A DNA stretch of 64,000 nt from Octopus sinensis (Eukaryota): the NCBI RefSeq assembly GCF_006345805.1, contig NW_021824846.1, positions 1 through 64,000 on the forward strand, given 5' to 3'. How positions within the stretch are numbered: position 1 is the first letter of the stretch; the number at the start of each line of letters is the position of its first letter. Both the position numbers and the translations under genes were made by a program. The notes under the pieces were generated by a model. That model did no database searches, was not told the DNA's origin, and was given only the letters and a program-made list of their open reading frames with translations. Positions 1 through 11,757 of this stretch are shown here, piece after piece.

Positions 1-374
1 CCCTCAATCTCTCTCTTAGCTCTAATCCTCCTCTATCCCCGCTCAGATTCCTTAATCTGTCTTCCTCACTACTTTCTTCCTCTTCTTCACTGTCTCTCAC
101 ACACTGAACTGCTTACTTAAGGGGGCAGCCCTCCCAATGAACCCTAATTCACCCGAAGGGGTCGGGGAGTCTCCAAGCCAGCAAAGTAGGTCACCATCAA
201 CTGTCCCTAAGTTGAACTCACAACACTATATATATTTGTAAAAACGGTAAGATAGCAAAAGAAAGAAAGAGACCTCAATATTATGTAAATAGAGGAAATT
301 TATCTGTAAATTAATATGTGACAATTATTCAATAGCCAAGATAAAACTCTGAGTTTCGGATGCCGAAGTGGAAA

Positions 375-1172
375 TCCACAACACCATATCTGCGTAGCTG
401 AGGGCATGTCTGAGGGGGCCATTATGAACAACAGTGGTCCCAAAACAGTGCCTTGCGGAACACCGCTCACTATTTTCGTGTTATTGGAGGTGACCCCATT
501 GGCTACTACCACCTGGTTCTATCCTTCAAAGTCATGAGCCATTCTCCCAATTTTCCAACTAGCCGATCACGCAGCTTGTGACATATCATTCCATGATCGA
601 CTTTATCAAAAGCCTTTGCAAAGTCGAGATATATCACTTCCACATTTGAGTGGTTGAGCAGTTGTTTCAGCACCCAGTCATGGTGTAGGAGCTGAGTTAG
701 GCAGCTTCTTCCTGGTCGGAAACCATGTTGGGTGTCAGGCAGCAAGTCATTTCATTGAAGGAAGGCGATTAGTTTTCTTCTGACTATTCGTTCCATGACC
801 TTGCTGATGTGTGAGGTCAGAGAGATAGGTCTGTAGTTCTTGGCCTCCGCTCTGCTGGCTCCTTTATGAATAGGGAATATTTTACCCTACTTCAGTTTTC
901 TTGGAAGTTTGCCAGTTGCAAGGAAGCTCTGAAAGAAGAACTGCTGTGGTCTTGCCAGGACTCTCTTACATGCTTTTAGAAGGATTGCTGGGAATCCATC
1001 GGGGCCAGTAGCTGAGTTTGGGTTCATTTCATCTATAGCCTTTATTACATCGTCTTCCTTTATATTGATGTATTCAATCATCGTTGCCTCTGATTTTATA
1101 TCTGCAGTGGTAAAGAAGTCAGTTGGATTGCTGACTTGAAAGCGCACTAGGGGTGGAGTGAAAATACTTTCG
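375..1172 (-). mobile_element. Degraded non-LTR retrotransposon reverse transcriptase fragment (CR1/L2-type)
   Basis: Three consecutive frameshifted minus-strand ORFs (887-1147, 506-745, 300-512) carry RT motifs in order: SATGPDGFPA, QHGFRPGRSCLTQLL, YLDFAKAFDKVDH, SGVPQGTVLGPLLF. A YAD remnant (tacgcagat) lies near 390. Truncated on the left; bounded by (TA)n on the right. Confidence 0.92.
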
Positions 1173-1424
1173 AATTGCTCATATATATATATATATATAT
1201 ATCTATATATATATATATTATATATATTATATAATATATATATAGTAAAGTAAATGAGAGGGCTAGCAGCAGGCTGTTTCGCCTCTTCATTTACTTTACT
1301 ATATACTGAACCTTACAAAGTTCCTGACGATAAATTTGTCGTATTTACATACCGAAATTTACCGGTAAATAATTGTTGGTTACATGAAAAACCACAGAAA
1401 AATATTTACCATTTTTATTGTATA

Positions 1425-1465
1425 TATAATATGTATAGTGTATATATATATATACTATCTATATC

Positions 1466-1533
<68 letters not shown>

Positions 1534-1579
1534 TATGTATATATATATGTATAATATATATATATATGTATATGATATA

Positions 1580-1634
<55 letters not shown>

Positions 1635-1872
1635 TATATATATATATTTATATATATAATATATATATATATTTATATATATATAATATTTATATATATA
1701 TATATTTATAATATATAATCATATATATATATATATATTTATATGATATATTTATATATATTTATATATATATATATATATATTTATTAATATATATATT
1801 AATATATATATATATTTATATATATATATATTATATATATATAATCATATATATATAATATAATTATATATA

Positions 1873-1918
<46 letters not shown>

Positions 1919-2008
1919 CATATATTTATAATATATATATAATTATTATATATATATCATTATGCATATATTTATTTATATATATATATATATTATATAA
2001 TATAATAT
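1425..2008. repeat. Interrupted (TA)n microsatellite
   Basis: Direct reading. Similar tracts at 1173-1243, 4397-4895, 5620-5710, 6185-6358 and 12281-12340. Confidence 0.97.
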
Positions 2009-2150
2009 GGATGGTTGTATACTGTCATCTAACACGAACGTGACAGTAGGGGGTACACCACCGCTGTTTAGCCCTGATGGCTTTGACACATTTTTCCTGT
2101 GTCCTTATATACATTTACGAAGGGGAGACAAATACCCCCAGCCGCCCGGG

Positions 2151-2207
2151 CTGCATCTAGGGACACGTGTTTCAGGATGATTGTCCTTCGTCGGCCTAGA
2201 GTAGCAG
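2151..2207 (-). ncRNA. Type I hammerhead ribozyme motif, CCGACGA core variant
   Basis: Minus strand reads ctgctac-UCUAGG CCGACGA AGGA-caauca-UCCU GAAA CACGUG UC|CCUAGA-ugcag. Stem I is 6 bp plus a ctgc/gcag extension, stem II is 4 bp, and stem III is the palindrome ACACGUGU. Predicted cut between 2162 and 2161. Confidence 0.8.
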
Positions 2208-2405
2208 ACACCGTTCAGCTGACGATTAAATCTTTATTATAGGCCCGATGGCCCGAATTAAGAGGGGACATTACAAAACAGGACATGGGGTACATATAAT
2301 AAAAAAATCGAAAAATATGAAGTGAAAATGAATTATTTATAATGAATTAAATGGAATGGCTTACGAGCCCCCAAAACTCGGAGTTTCATTTAAAATACAA
2401 TTCTG

Positions 2406-3731
2406 CTATACTGGACGTTCATCTGTAATGTATTCTATTAACCTCTCCTGGTCTACGATCGCTGGCAAACTGTTGTAACGGATATATTGTATTTCGCAAA
2501 CTGTCGAAAACACACTTTTCAATTTCATCTACGACCGCCGACTTCACTTATTCATCAAATATTTTTGGGTTCAACCTAACCCTGATTAAACCTTTCTTAC
2601 CTGCCAGTCTCTTTTCGATTTCTTTGTCTTTCATATACAATATTACTGCTTTAAGATTTTTTCCTTCGGGTCTTCCTCCTTCCTTACATACTTTTAACTG
2701 TTCTTCCACTCTTCTTTCCCATTCTTGCTCTGCCGTTAAATTTGCCGGTTCTGTCGCTTTCGCTTTTGCATTCTTATCTTCGCACGTTCGATCTTCCATC
2801 TCGTCTGTAGACTTATTTTTCGCTTTTTTCTTTTTTTGAACTTTAGGTGGTGATTCCACCCTCGCTCTCTTTCTATCTTCTTTTCCTTCTGTTCTTTCCT
2901 TTTCTTTCTCCAAATCGTCACCACTTTCCACATTTTCTGTGTTCACACATTCTTCATCCGCCAATTGCAATATCGTCCGAGCATTTGCAAAATACTGTCC
3001 GAGCTTCCAATGTTCTCATCGGACACACATCTTTCATGTGGCCTCTAATTTTACATGTGTAGCACACTGGGGGTCTCCCCTCCACCACGACTCTGAGTCG
3101 TGTCTCGTCGGGGAACACCAACTCCTCGGGGATGTTATACAGGTCTGGCATGGTTATATGAACCAAAGCCTGCACCGCATAACCCCACCACTGTACATCT
3201 TTTGACTTTTCCACTTTCAATATTTCAACGCTTTCTTTGCAGTTGAATACCACTGCTGCTAAGATTCTTTCCATGTTCAGCTCCGGTGAAATCTTACTGA
3301 TTCGTATTCTTACTGCCCTTTTTCCACAATAACTTGGTAATAACATCCATTTTTCTGTTTAAAGTATTTGCGTGGCACTCTTCTTCGCTTCGTCTTCGTT
3401 TTTAAAATGAAAGAACCACTGTTGCGTATTCTCTACCTCTATTATAGAAGGTAGGTTCTCCTTCAATTCCATTCAGACAGCACTCAATTTCCTCTATCGG
3501 TGCCACTTCTATTTTGTTTGAAGCCACGTTCCACGTTCTGTATGTTATAATACGTTTTTCTGCTTCTTTCGTTTATTTTTCAGGTGGTGTGACCCTCACG
3601 CAGTCACCTTCCTTCTTCAAGCTGTCGAAATATTTCTTCAAAATCTCCTTCTCGACGATAATTTCTTCCAACTGCAATTCGCTCGCAGCCAAGCCCTTGC
3701 CTGCTGCTCCCGCATACGTTTGGGTTTGCAT
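2406..3731 (-). pseudogene. Decayed LINE-ORF1/gag-like nucleic-acid-binding protein with CX2CX4HX4C zinc knuckle
   Basis: Reconstructed from ATG at 3731 (MQTQTYAGAA) through ORFs 3573-3839, 2954-3346 and 2548-2970. Breaks are TAA at 3573-3575 and 3359-3361 and frameshifts near 3404, 2975 and 2550-2490. Contains EGRPPVCYTCKIRGHMKDVCP (knuckle at 3023-3064) after RRM-like segments, then a K/E-rich tail. Confidence 0.78.
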
Positions 3732-4131
3732 TTTCGAGAAAAATCTCAAAAAAATTTCCCACGCCGCAACCGCTTCCACCAACAAATTCGATCTCACAGC
3801 TGCGATACAACAATAACATAATAAAAATTTCCGACACAATAAAAAAAAAACCGGTGCGCTGACGATATCTGCCTCGACTCGTAATGTATATATCTAAATT
3901 TCAGTGAAGTCTATTCACTGATTATCAAAATAAGAAATACTAAATTCCTAAATCTCTCGTTGAGACTGTACGGTGGTGGGGCGATAGAATGGTTGTATAC
4001 TGTCAATCTAACAAGAACGTGACAGTAGGGGGTACACCACCGCTGTATAGCCCTAGCAAGGGTCGAACGCCTCCTGATGGCTTTGACACATTTTTCCTGT
4101 GTCCTTATATACATTTACGAAGGGGAGACAA

Positions 4132-4170
4132 AGGCCGACGAAGGACAATCATTCTGAAATACGTGTCCCT
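4132..4170 (+). ncRNA. Second copy of the CCGACGA hammerhead, with 5' stem I truncated
   Basis: AGG CCGACGA AGGA-caauca-UUCU GAAA UACGUG UC|CCU. It sits in the 64-nt loop of the 3933-4396 hairpin. Confidence 0.7.
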
Positions 4171-4429
4171 AGATGCAGCCCGAGCGGCTGGGGGTATTTG
4201 TCTCCCCTTTGTAAATGTATATAAGGACACAGGAATAATGTGTCAAAGCCATCAGGAGGCGTCGATGCTTCCTAAAGCTAAACAGCGGTGGTGTACCCCC
4301 TACTGTCACGTTCGTGTTAGATTGACAGTATACGACCATTCTATCGCCCCCACCACCGTACATGTCACTACGAGAGATTTAGAATTTAGTATTTCTGATA
4401 TATATATATGATTATATATATATTTATAG

Positions 4430-4461
<32 letters not shown>

Positions 4462-4471
4462 TATATATATA

Positions 4472-4556
<85 letters not shown>

Positions 4557-4559
4557 ATT

Positions 4560-4598
<39 letters not shown>

Positions 4599-4666
4599 AT
4601 AATTATATTATATATTATATATATATATTTTATATATATATCTATATATATATATATATATATTAT

Positions 4667-4700
<34 letters not shown>

Positions 4701-4713
4701 ATATATATATATT

Positions 4714-4744
<31 letters not shown>

Positions 4745-4830
4745 GTATATATATATAATTATATATATATATATAAAATTATGTATATATTTATATATAT
4801 ATGATTATATATATATTTATAGATATACAT

Positions 4831-4889
<59 letters not shown>

Positions 4890-4899
<10 letters not shown>

Positions 4900-5545
4900 T
4901 GAAATGCGTTGGATCGCTTTCAAGGATTGACTCCAAAATTTACAGGGCCATGTAAAATGAGGTGACGATGCCCGTGGGCTACGTTAGAAATCCTTATCTT
5001 AAAAGTTGTCGTTTCTAGTGCCAAAAACCCACTTTGACAAGTCCACTCCCATTCTTTTACGTATCCGTCTTCCTCACTCACGCTATTAGCTCCATTCCCC
5101 TCTAACTCCCCTTCACTTTCCCTTTATAAGTTCGTCAAACGGCGTTCTTTATCTCGCTGTCTGCATTCATAGAGAGAATTATCATCGCCACCAACAACAC
5201 ACAATCATGAGAACAAATATTATGAATCAGATATTTCTTGCGTTCATTTATATGTGTGTGTGTGTGTGTTCTATATATAAATATGTATATATAATGTATA
5301 TATACAAAGTGTATATATCTGTATTTATGTATATTAAACTTTTTAATACTTTTTGAGAGTTATATATATTTTTAAACAAATTATAAATATAATTTAATAA
5401 TTTTTATTTTAAATTTAAATCATTTAAATTTTTCAATTTTATATTTTATATATTTTCTATATTATATTTTTATTTTTATGTTTTTGTTTTTGGTCTTTCA
5501 CTGTTTGATTTGCCTATTAGTGGTTTTATCTCTAATTTAATTTAT
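4890..5545 (+). mobile_element. Non-autonomous Helitron-like family copy (5' part)
   Basis: ggattgactccaaaatttacaggg...ctttgacaagtc matches 9179-9300. 5183-5545 is a direct repeat of 6405-6720. Confidence 0.6.
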
Positions 5546-5588
5546 ACATATATATATATAATTTGTATACATTTGTATATATAATGCG

Positions 5589-6180
<592 letters not shown>

Positions 6181-6185
6181 TGGTA

Positions 6186-6234
<49 letters not shown>

Positions 6235-6264
6235 TATATATATATATATAATATATATATATTA

Positions 6265-6317
<53 letters not shown>

Positions 6318-6354
6318 TATATATATATATAATATATATATATATATATACATA

Positions 6355-6720
6355 TATTATAATTCTGAAATGCGAAAAGTTCGTTTGTTTGTTTGTCTGA
6401 GTTTGGCATCGCCACCACCACCACACAATCATGAGAACAAATATTATGAATCAGATATTTATTGGGTTAATTTATATATGTGTGTGTGTGTTCTATATAT
6501 AAATATGTATATTAAACTTTTTAATACTTTTTGATAGTTATATATACTTTTTTTTAAAATTATAAATATAAATTAATAATTTTAATTTTGAATTTAAATC
6601 ATTTAAATTTTTAAATTTTATATTTTATATATTTTGTATATTATATTTTTATTTTTATGCTTTTGTTTATGTTTTTCACTGATTTGCCTAATAGTGGTTT
6701 TATCTCTAATTTAATTTATA
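6355..6720 (+). mobile_element. Helitron-like 5' end with internal deletion
   Basis: Starts attataattctgaaatgcgaaaagtt as at 9101, then jumps to catcgccaccacc..cacaatcatgagaa, which is shared with 5183 and 9595. Confidence 0.55.
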
Positions 6721-6925
6721 TATATATAGATATATATATATATATATATATACATACAAAATTAGAAAATGGAGAAACATACTTAAATCAATCAAACATC
6801 AACCATCAGATAATACCCAATCAATACTTTATTACACCATTACATAACAGCAAAGACATTATACAAAATATATAGTAAATATAATTAGACAAGGAAAAAG
6901 AAATATAAAATACAAATACATCATA

Positions 6926-7036
6926 TCTGACAGCTGTTTCGGCCGTGAGGACAAGTATGCCTCATTTAACCTATAAGCCATATAAGGCAGGTATAAATGA
7001 GACATTAACAAGGATGTCCCACGGCCTCTTCAGAGA
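6926..7036 (-). ncRNA. Type I hammerhead ribozyme motif with very long stem II
   Basis: UCU CUGAAGA [GGCCGUGGGACA...UGUCCUCACGGCC, ~86-nt hairpin] GAAA CAGCUG UC|AGA. The core is canonical and stem III is palindromic, but stem I is only 3 bp. Confidence 0.75.
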
Positions 7037-7363
7037 ATTTAATTTAATATAAGTGTGAAAAAAATTTTACATATAAATATAAAAATATAAAAATGTGTGC
7101 ATAGACACTCATAATACTACACATATATATATACACATTAATACAATAATACAAAATAAACAAAATATATCAATATACATTAACAAACACAGTTATTTTA
7201 CATATTGGACCCCTAGTTCCATAACTAACATCAAGGAAAATATATGCACACTCACATTTAAATTTAAATCAGACATATATACATAAAAAAATAATAATAA
7301 TAAAACACACAGTTCAGTTCATAAAATTATAACCCTACAAAAGTCCATAAAAATTAATACTAA

Positions 7364-7489
<126 letters not shown>

Positions 7490-8017
7490 CAACCATGACT
7501 GTACCATGTACATCAAACAGACATCTACATATCAATAAGTCTAATTCCTCTGTCCGCTTGATATTGATTATTCTAGATTGATTCGATTGGCTTATAGTTT
7601 TAAATTTGAATCACAATAAATGCCTGCAAAAACCCATATACTCAACCAAAACAAACAAAATCCAATATAGACTCTCATTTATTACATATTAGTATTACAG
7701 TATCTAAAACCAGGTATCTAACTATGATACTCATACACACTCTGTAATTTTAGAAAACTCCAAGAATATCATATTACTGTGTATATACCAAAATGAATAT
7801 ATTCTTTCTTGCCGCAGTGTATTTCCCTTATAAACCAGGACAAAAAAACACAAACAAAAAACAATTAATACAGGACATATATATTTATATACATGTGTAG
7901 CTACAAAATTATATAAAATTATAAATTTATAAGTTGCATGTTTTAAAATTGTAGAAGACTACTAGTATAATAAGATACAGAAGGGAGTTAAAATATTACT
8001 AGTAGAAAAGCTAAGTT

Positions 8018-8431
8018 CTATTTAAATCTAGAGAAAGTGTACGGTAGTTTGTGAATGCAAAAATTTTTTTTTTCATTTATGTTATTAATAATAGGCCTAC
8101 CCGCTTTGATAATGAAAAAAATGTCATTAATACATAGAGAGCATTTTTTATTTTTTCCATTATACACAGGTGCAGAAGTTAGTATTTTCCAATTTAATTT
8201 AAAATCTAATTTCTTACTTTTGAGTTCCCAAATGTATGCACTTAACCCCGTAGAGTAGATCCTATTTTTATTTCTAAAAGTATATCTATGATAATTAAGT
8301 CTCTGTTTCATGCTATTCATAGTTGCTCCGATGTATACCCTACTACTAAATTGTGTATCCACAGTGCATTGATAAACTACCTCCTTCCTGAAGCATTGGT
8401 TACCAAACACACATTTATTTCTGTTTCTGCA
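8018..8431 (-). pseudogene. Cys-rich GIY-YIG endonuclease C-terminal domain of a Penelope-like element
   Basis: CRNRNKCVFGNQC..VVYQC..VYIGAT..KQRLNYH..STGLSAYIWELK..WKIL..CSLC..CIH. The frame is open for ~138 codons up to the inversion junction. Confidence 0.88.
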
Positions 8432-8466
8432 CTACCATACACTTTCTCTAGATTTAAATAGAACTT

Positions 8467-9095
8467 TGTCCCTTTTAAATGTTAGTGTTTTGCTTTCTGC
8501 CTTGAAGCAGACCTTTCCGCTTTCACTGTCTGATATTTATGATTGATCTTTCAAACTATTTTCTTTCTCAACTTACTCAAGATCTTTTGTTGTTTATAAA
8601 TGAGACAGAGATATATAGAGAAAGATAGAGAGTAAGAGAAATCGAAGGAGAGTCCGAGAGAAAGGAAGAGTAAGAGAGTGGGAAAGGGAGAGAGAAAGGA
8701 GAGAGAAACAAAGAGGGAGAATCATCATCATCATCGTTTAACGTCCGTTTTCCGTGCTAGCACGGTTTGGACGGTTTGACCGGGGTCTGGGAAGCCAGGA
8801 GGCTGCACCAGGCTCCAGTCTGATCTTGCAGTTTTTCCACAGCTGGATGCCCTTCCTAACGCCAACCACTCCGTGATTGTATTGGTTGCTTTTTTCGTGC
8901 CGCCGGCACAGGTGCCACGGGGGAGGGGCGCTGGCAGCGGCCAAGATCGGTTGGTGCTTTTTACGTGCCACCGGCACGTCAAGGCGGCATTGCCATCGGC
9001 CACTTTCGGATGGTGCTTTTTACGTGCCGAAAGGAAGCAACAGAAGGTAACAACCACACTCTTACTCGCACGTAGAGCGGGTCACCTGAAGCTAG
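8467..9095 (+). mobile_element. Helitron-like 3' terminal fragment
   Basis: A ~630-bp direct repeat of 10285-10911. It ends with the hairpin actcgc-acgtaga-gcgggt followed by cacctgaagCTAG|T. Confidence 0.7.
8721..9040 (-). mobile_element. SINE / LINE 3'-tail repeat ending in (TGA)n, carried inside the Helitron-like element
   Basis: The minus strand ends ...cggaaaacggacgttaaacgatgatgatg. A second copy lies at ~10539-10850. Recognised from memory as an abundant octopod repeat. Confidence 0.6.
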
Positions 9096-10911
9096 TATAT
9101 ATTATAATTCTGAAATGCGAAAAGTTTGTTTGTCTGGTTTTGGCATTGAGAACAGGTTAAAGGGCACTAGATCCCGTCGGATTGACTCCAAAATTTACAG
9201 GGGCATGTAAAATGAGGTGAGGACGCGAGTTGGCTAGGTTAGAAATCCCCATCTTAAAAGGTGTCGTTGCTAGGGCTAAAAATGCACTTTGACAAGTCTA
9301 CTCACAAGTCTATTCTTTTATGTATCTGTCCTCCTCCATCACTCACTCTCTTTCCTCCCTTCCATCACATTCTATCTATAACGTCGTTTCACAGCGTCTA
9401 TTATCTTTCCCTCGCCGCCATCGCATTCTATTGTCTGCCTGTCTTCCTCCATCTCACTCTCTCTCTCCTCCATTCCTTTCACTTTCTCTCTATAACGTCA
9501 TTTGATAGCGTCTACTATCTTTCCTTCGCCAGCGCTGTCACTCTCTCTCTCTCTCTCTCTCTCTACGTCTGTCTGCATTCATAAAGAGAATTATCATCGC
9601 CACCACCACCACCACCACACAATCATGAGAATCTTTCTCTTAAAACAAATCATTTTTAGGTTTCAAAATATTTCATTTTTCAGTCCTCTCTTTCATATAT
9701 CACCTTTTCTTCCTCGATCTCTCTTTTCCCCTTCTCTCCATTTTCTCTCTATATATAACGACGTTTGGCACCTCCACCGTCTCTCTTTCTTCTGCAGCGC
9801 GTCTCTCAATAACAGCCGCAAAAGTTTAACTATTCCTACCACAGGTCTTTCAGAAAGGTAACAGATATTATTTATTTTTGCGTGGATAAAAAGAATTTAT
9901 TTGTATGCTCAAGCCGACCGTCGTTAACAAAAATTTTTCTGTAAATTTGAAAAATTTTCCAGTTTTTTAATATTTAGGAATTCTCTGTTACATCAAGCTA
10001 AAAATTTGCGCCAGCCTTTCAAATCGTCAATGTGTTGCCGTCCATGATGAAGATGCTTTGAATGCTTGCCATGGTGAGTCTACTGTCGTGAGAAGAATCA
10101 CTTCAAAACTTGGTGTTTAGGAATTTTCGTTTACATCAAGTTCAAAATTTTACGCCAGCCATTAAACTGCAACTACGTTGCTGTCCGTCGTTAAGAAATG
10201 CTAGCCATGGTGACTCTACTATCTTCAGATTCCAATCCTTCAAACTTTAGCTTCCAATTTTTTTTTCAGCTTGCAAGTTCGTCTGTCCCTTTTAAATGTT
10301 AGTGTTTTGCTTTCTGCCTTGAAGCAGACCTTTCCGTTGTCACTGTCTGATATTTATGATTGATCTTCCAAACTACTTTCTTTCTCAAATTACTCAAGAT
10401 CTTTTGTTGTTTATAAATGGGACAGAGATAGATAGAGAAAGATAGAGAGTAAGAGAAAGCGAGGGAGAGTCCGAGAGAAAGGAAGAGTAAGAGAGTGTGG
10501 AAGAGAGAGAGAAAGGAGAGAGAAACAAAGAGGGAGAATCATCATCATCATCATCATCGTTTAACGTCCGTTTTCCGTACTAGCACGGTTTGGACGGTTT
10601 GACCGGGGTCTGGGAAGCCAGGAGGCTGCACCAGGCTCCAGTCTGATCTTGCAGTGTTTCTACAGCTGGATGCCCTTCCTAACGCCAACCACTCCGTGAT
10701 TGTAGTGGGTGCTTTTTTCGTGTCACGGGGGAGGGGCGCTGGCATCGGCCACGATCGGTTGGTGCGTGTTACGTGCCACTGGCACAGAAGCCAGTCAAGG
10801 CGGCGCTGCCATCGGCCACGTTCGGATGATGCTTATTACGTGCCGAAAGGATGCAACAGAAAATAACAACCACACTCTTACCTGCGGTTAGAGCGGGTCA
10901 CCTTAAGCTAG
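9096..10911 (+). mobile_element. Apparently complete ~1.8 kb non-autonomous Helitron-like element, head-to-tail with the preceding 3' end
   Basis: 5' tatattataattctgaaatgcgaaaagtttgtttgtc begins immediately after CTAG at 9095. The 3' end is the hairpin acctgc-ggttaga-gcgggt followed by caccttaagCTAG|T at 10911. No Rep/Hel ORF. Confidence 0.68.
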
Positions 10912-10924
10912 TATATATATATAT

Positions 10925-11757
10925 AAAATAAATATAAGAGAGTGGTCACTATATGGCTCACTCTAGCACCAGTTAATCCAAAAGGTTTCAACCACAAAAA
11001 TACATGTTTCCCATGAAAGTCAGTACGATTGTTAGCTCACACGGACAGGGCAAATAAAAAACAACAAAAATACAGATTATTTTGGGACAATTGTTTCGCT
11101 ATTAATGAATTAAATGTAATTTTACTTACAAAAAAATCCACTTGTAGCTCCTCAGCCAAAACTATCTGGATGAAATCCACTCAATCACACGCCAGATTTT
11201 ACCATAACGATAAATACGCGTGTGGTTCAATTGATTACATCCGACGTTATAATTCAAATGCCCCAACTAACAGCGCGCCAAACTTTCACGGAAAACAAAT
11301 ACAGCATTTAGAAATAAATGCAGCATAATTATAATTAATTAATAAGGGTGAGAGAATTAGATACTAATTTAATAGTATATCTATTCAACACCAAGTGGCC
11401 TAGTGCTCCGAGAACCTGGATTATTATAATATTTTATAATATATTATAATATTTTTACAAAATAAATATAAGAGAGTGGTCACTATATGGCTCACTCTAG
11501 CACCAGTTAATCCAAAAGGTTTCAACCACAAAAATACATGGGAAACATGTATTTTTGTGGTTGAAACCTTTTGGATTAACTGGTGCTAGAGTGAGCCATA
11601 TAGTGACCACTCTCTTATATTTATTTTGTAAAAATATTATAATATATTATAAAATATTATAATAATCCAGGTTTCTCGGAGCACTAGGCCACTTGGTGTT
11701 GAATAGATATACTATTAAATTAGTATCTAATTCTCTCACCCTTATTAATTAATTATA
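10925..11757 (-). mobile_element. Non-coding retrozyme-like element: 534-nt unit plus terminal fold-back
   Basis: 10925-11006 equals 11459-11540 (direct, offset 534). 11330-11540 and 11546-11757 are inverted. A hammerhead lies at 11079-11162. Confidence 0.8.
11079..11162 (-). ncRNA. Canonical type I hammerhead ribozyme motif
   Basis: GUUUUGG CUGAGGA GCUA-(~45 nt)-UAGC GAAA CAAUUG UC|CCAAAAU. All core nucleotides and all three stems are intact. Predicted cut between 11086 and 11085. Confidence 0.85.

Larger units (their letters stand above)
2009..4396 (-). mobile_element. Hammerhead-bounded, Penelope-like (pLTR) non-autonomous element carrying a gag/ORF1-like gene
   Basis: Repeat copy A (2009-2207) recurs in direct orientation at ~3933-4132 (offset 1978) and inverted at 4132-4396. 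A decayed ORF lies between A and B. Both ends abut (TA)n. No RT or endonuclease is present. Confidence 0.8.

Noticed and set aside
1-290. Purine-rich minus-strand stretch that could encode an acidic peptide (DSEEEEESSEED)
   Set aside because: Short, interrupted by stops upstream, cut by the window edge, and without a recognisable motif.
2219-2225. CTGACGA boxes at 2219 and 3859 as further hammerheads
   Set aside because: No correctly placed stem II, GAAA or stem III follows either box.
8432-8434. In-frame stop next to Cys codons as possible selenocysteine recoding in the Penelope ORF
   Set aside because: The codon is TAG, not TGA, and belongs to the inverted 36-bp cap rather than the ORF.
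11029-11328. 99-aa plus-strand ORF inside the 534-nt unit
   Set aside because: Non-ATG start, no motif, and antisense to the hammerhead.
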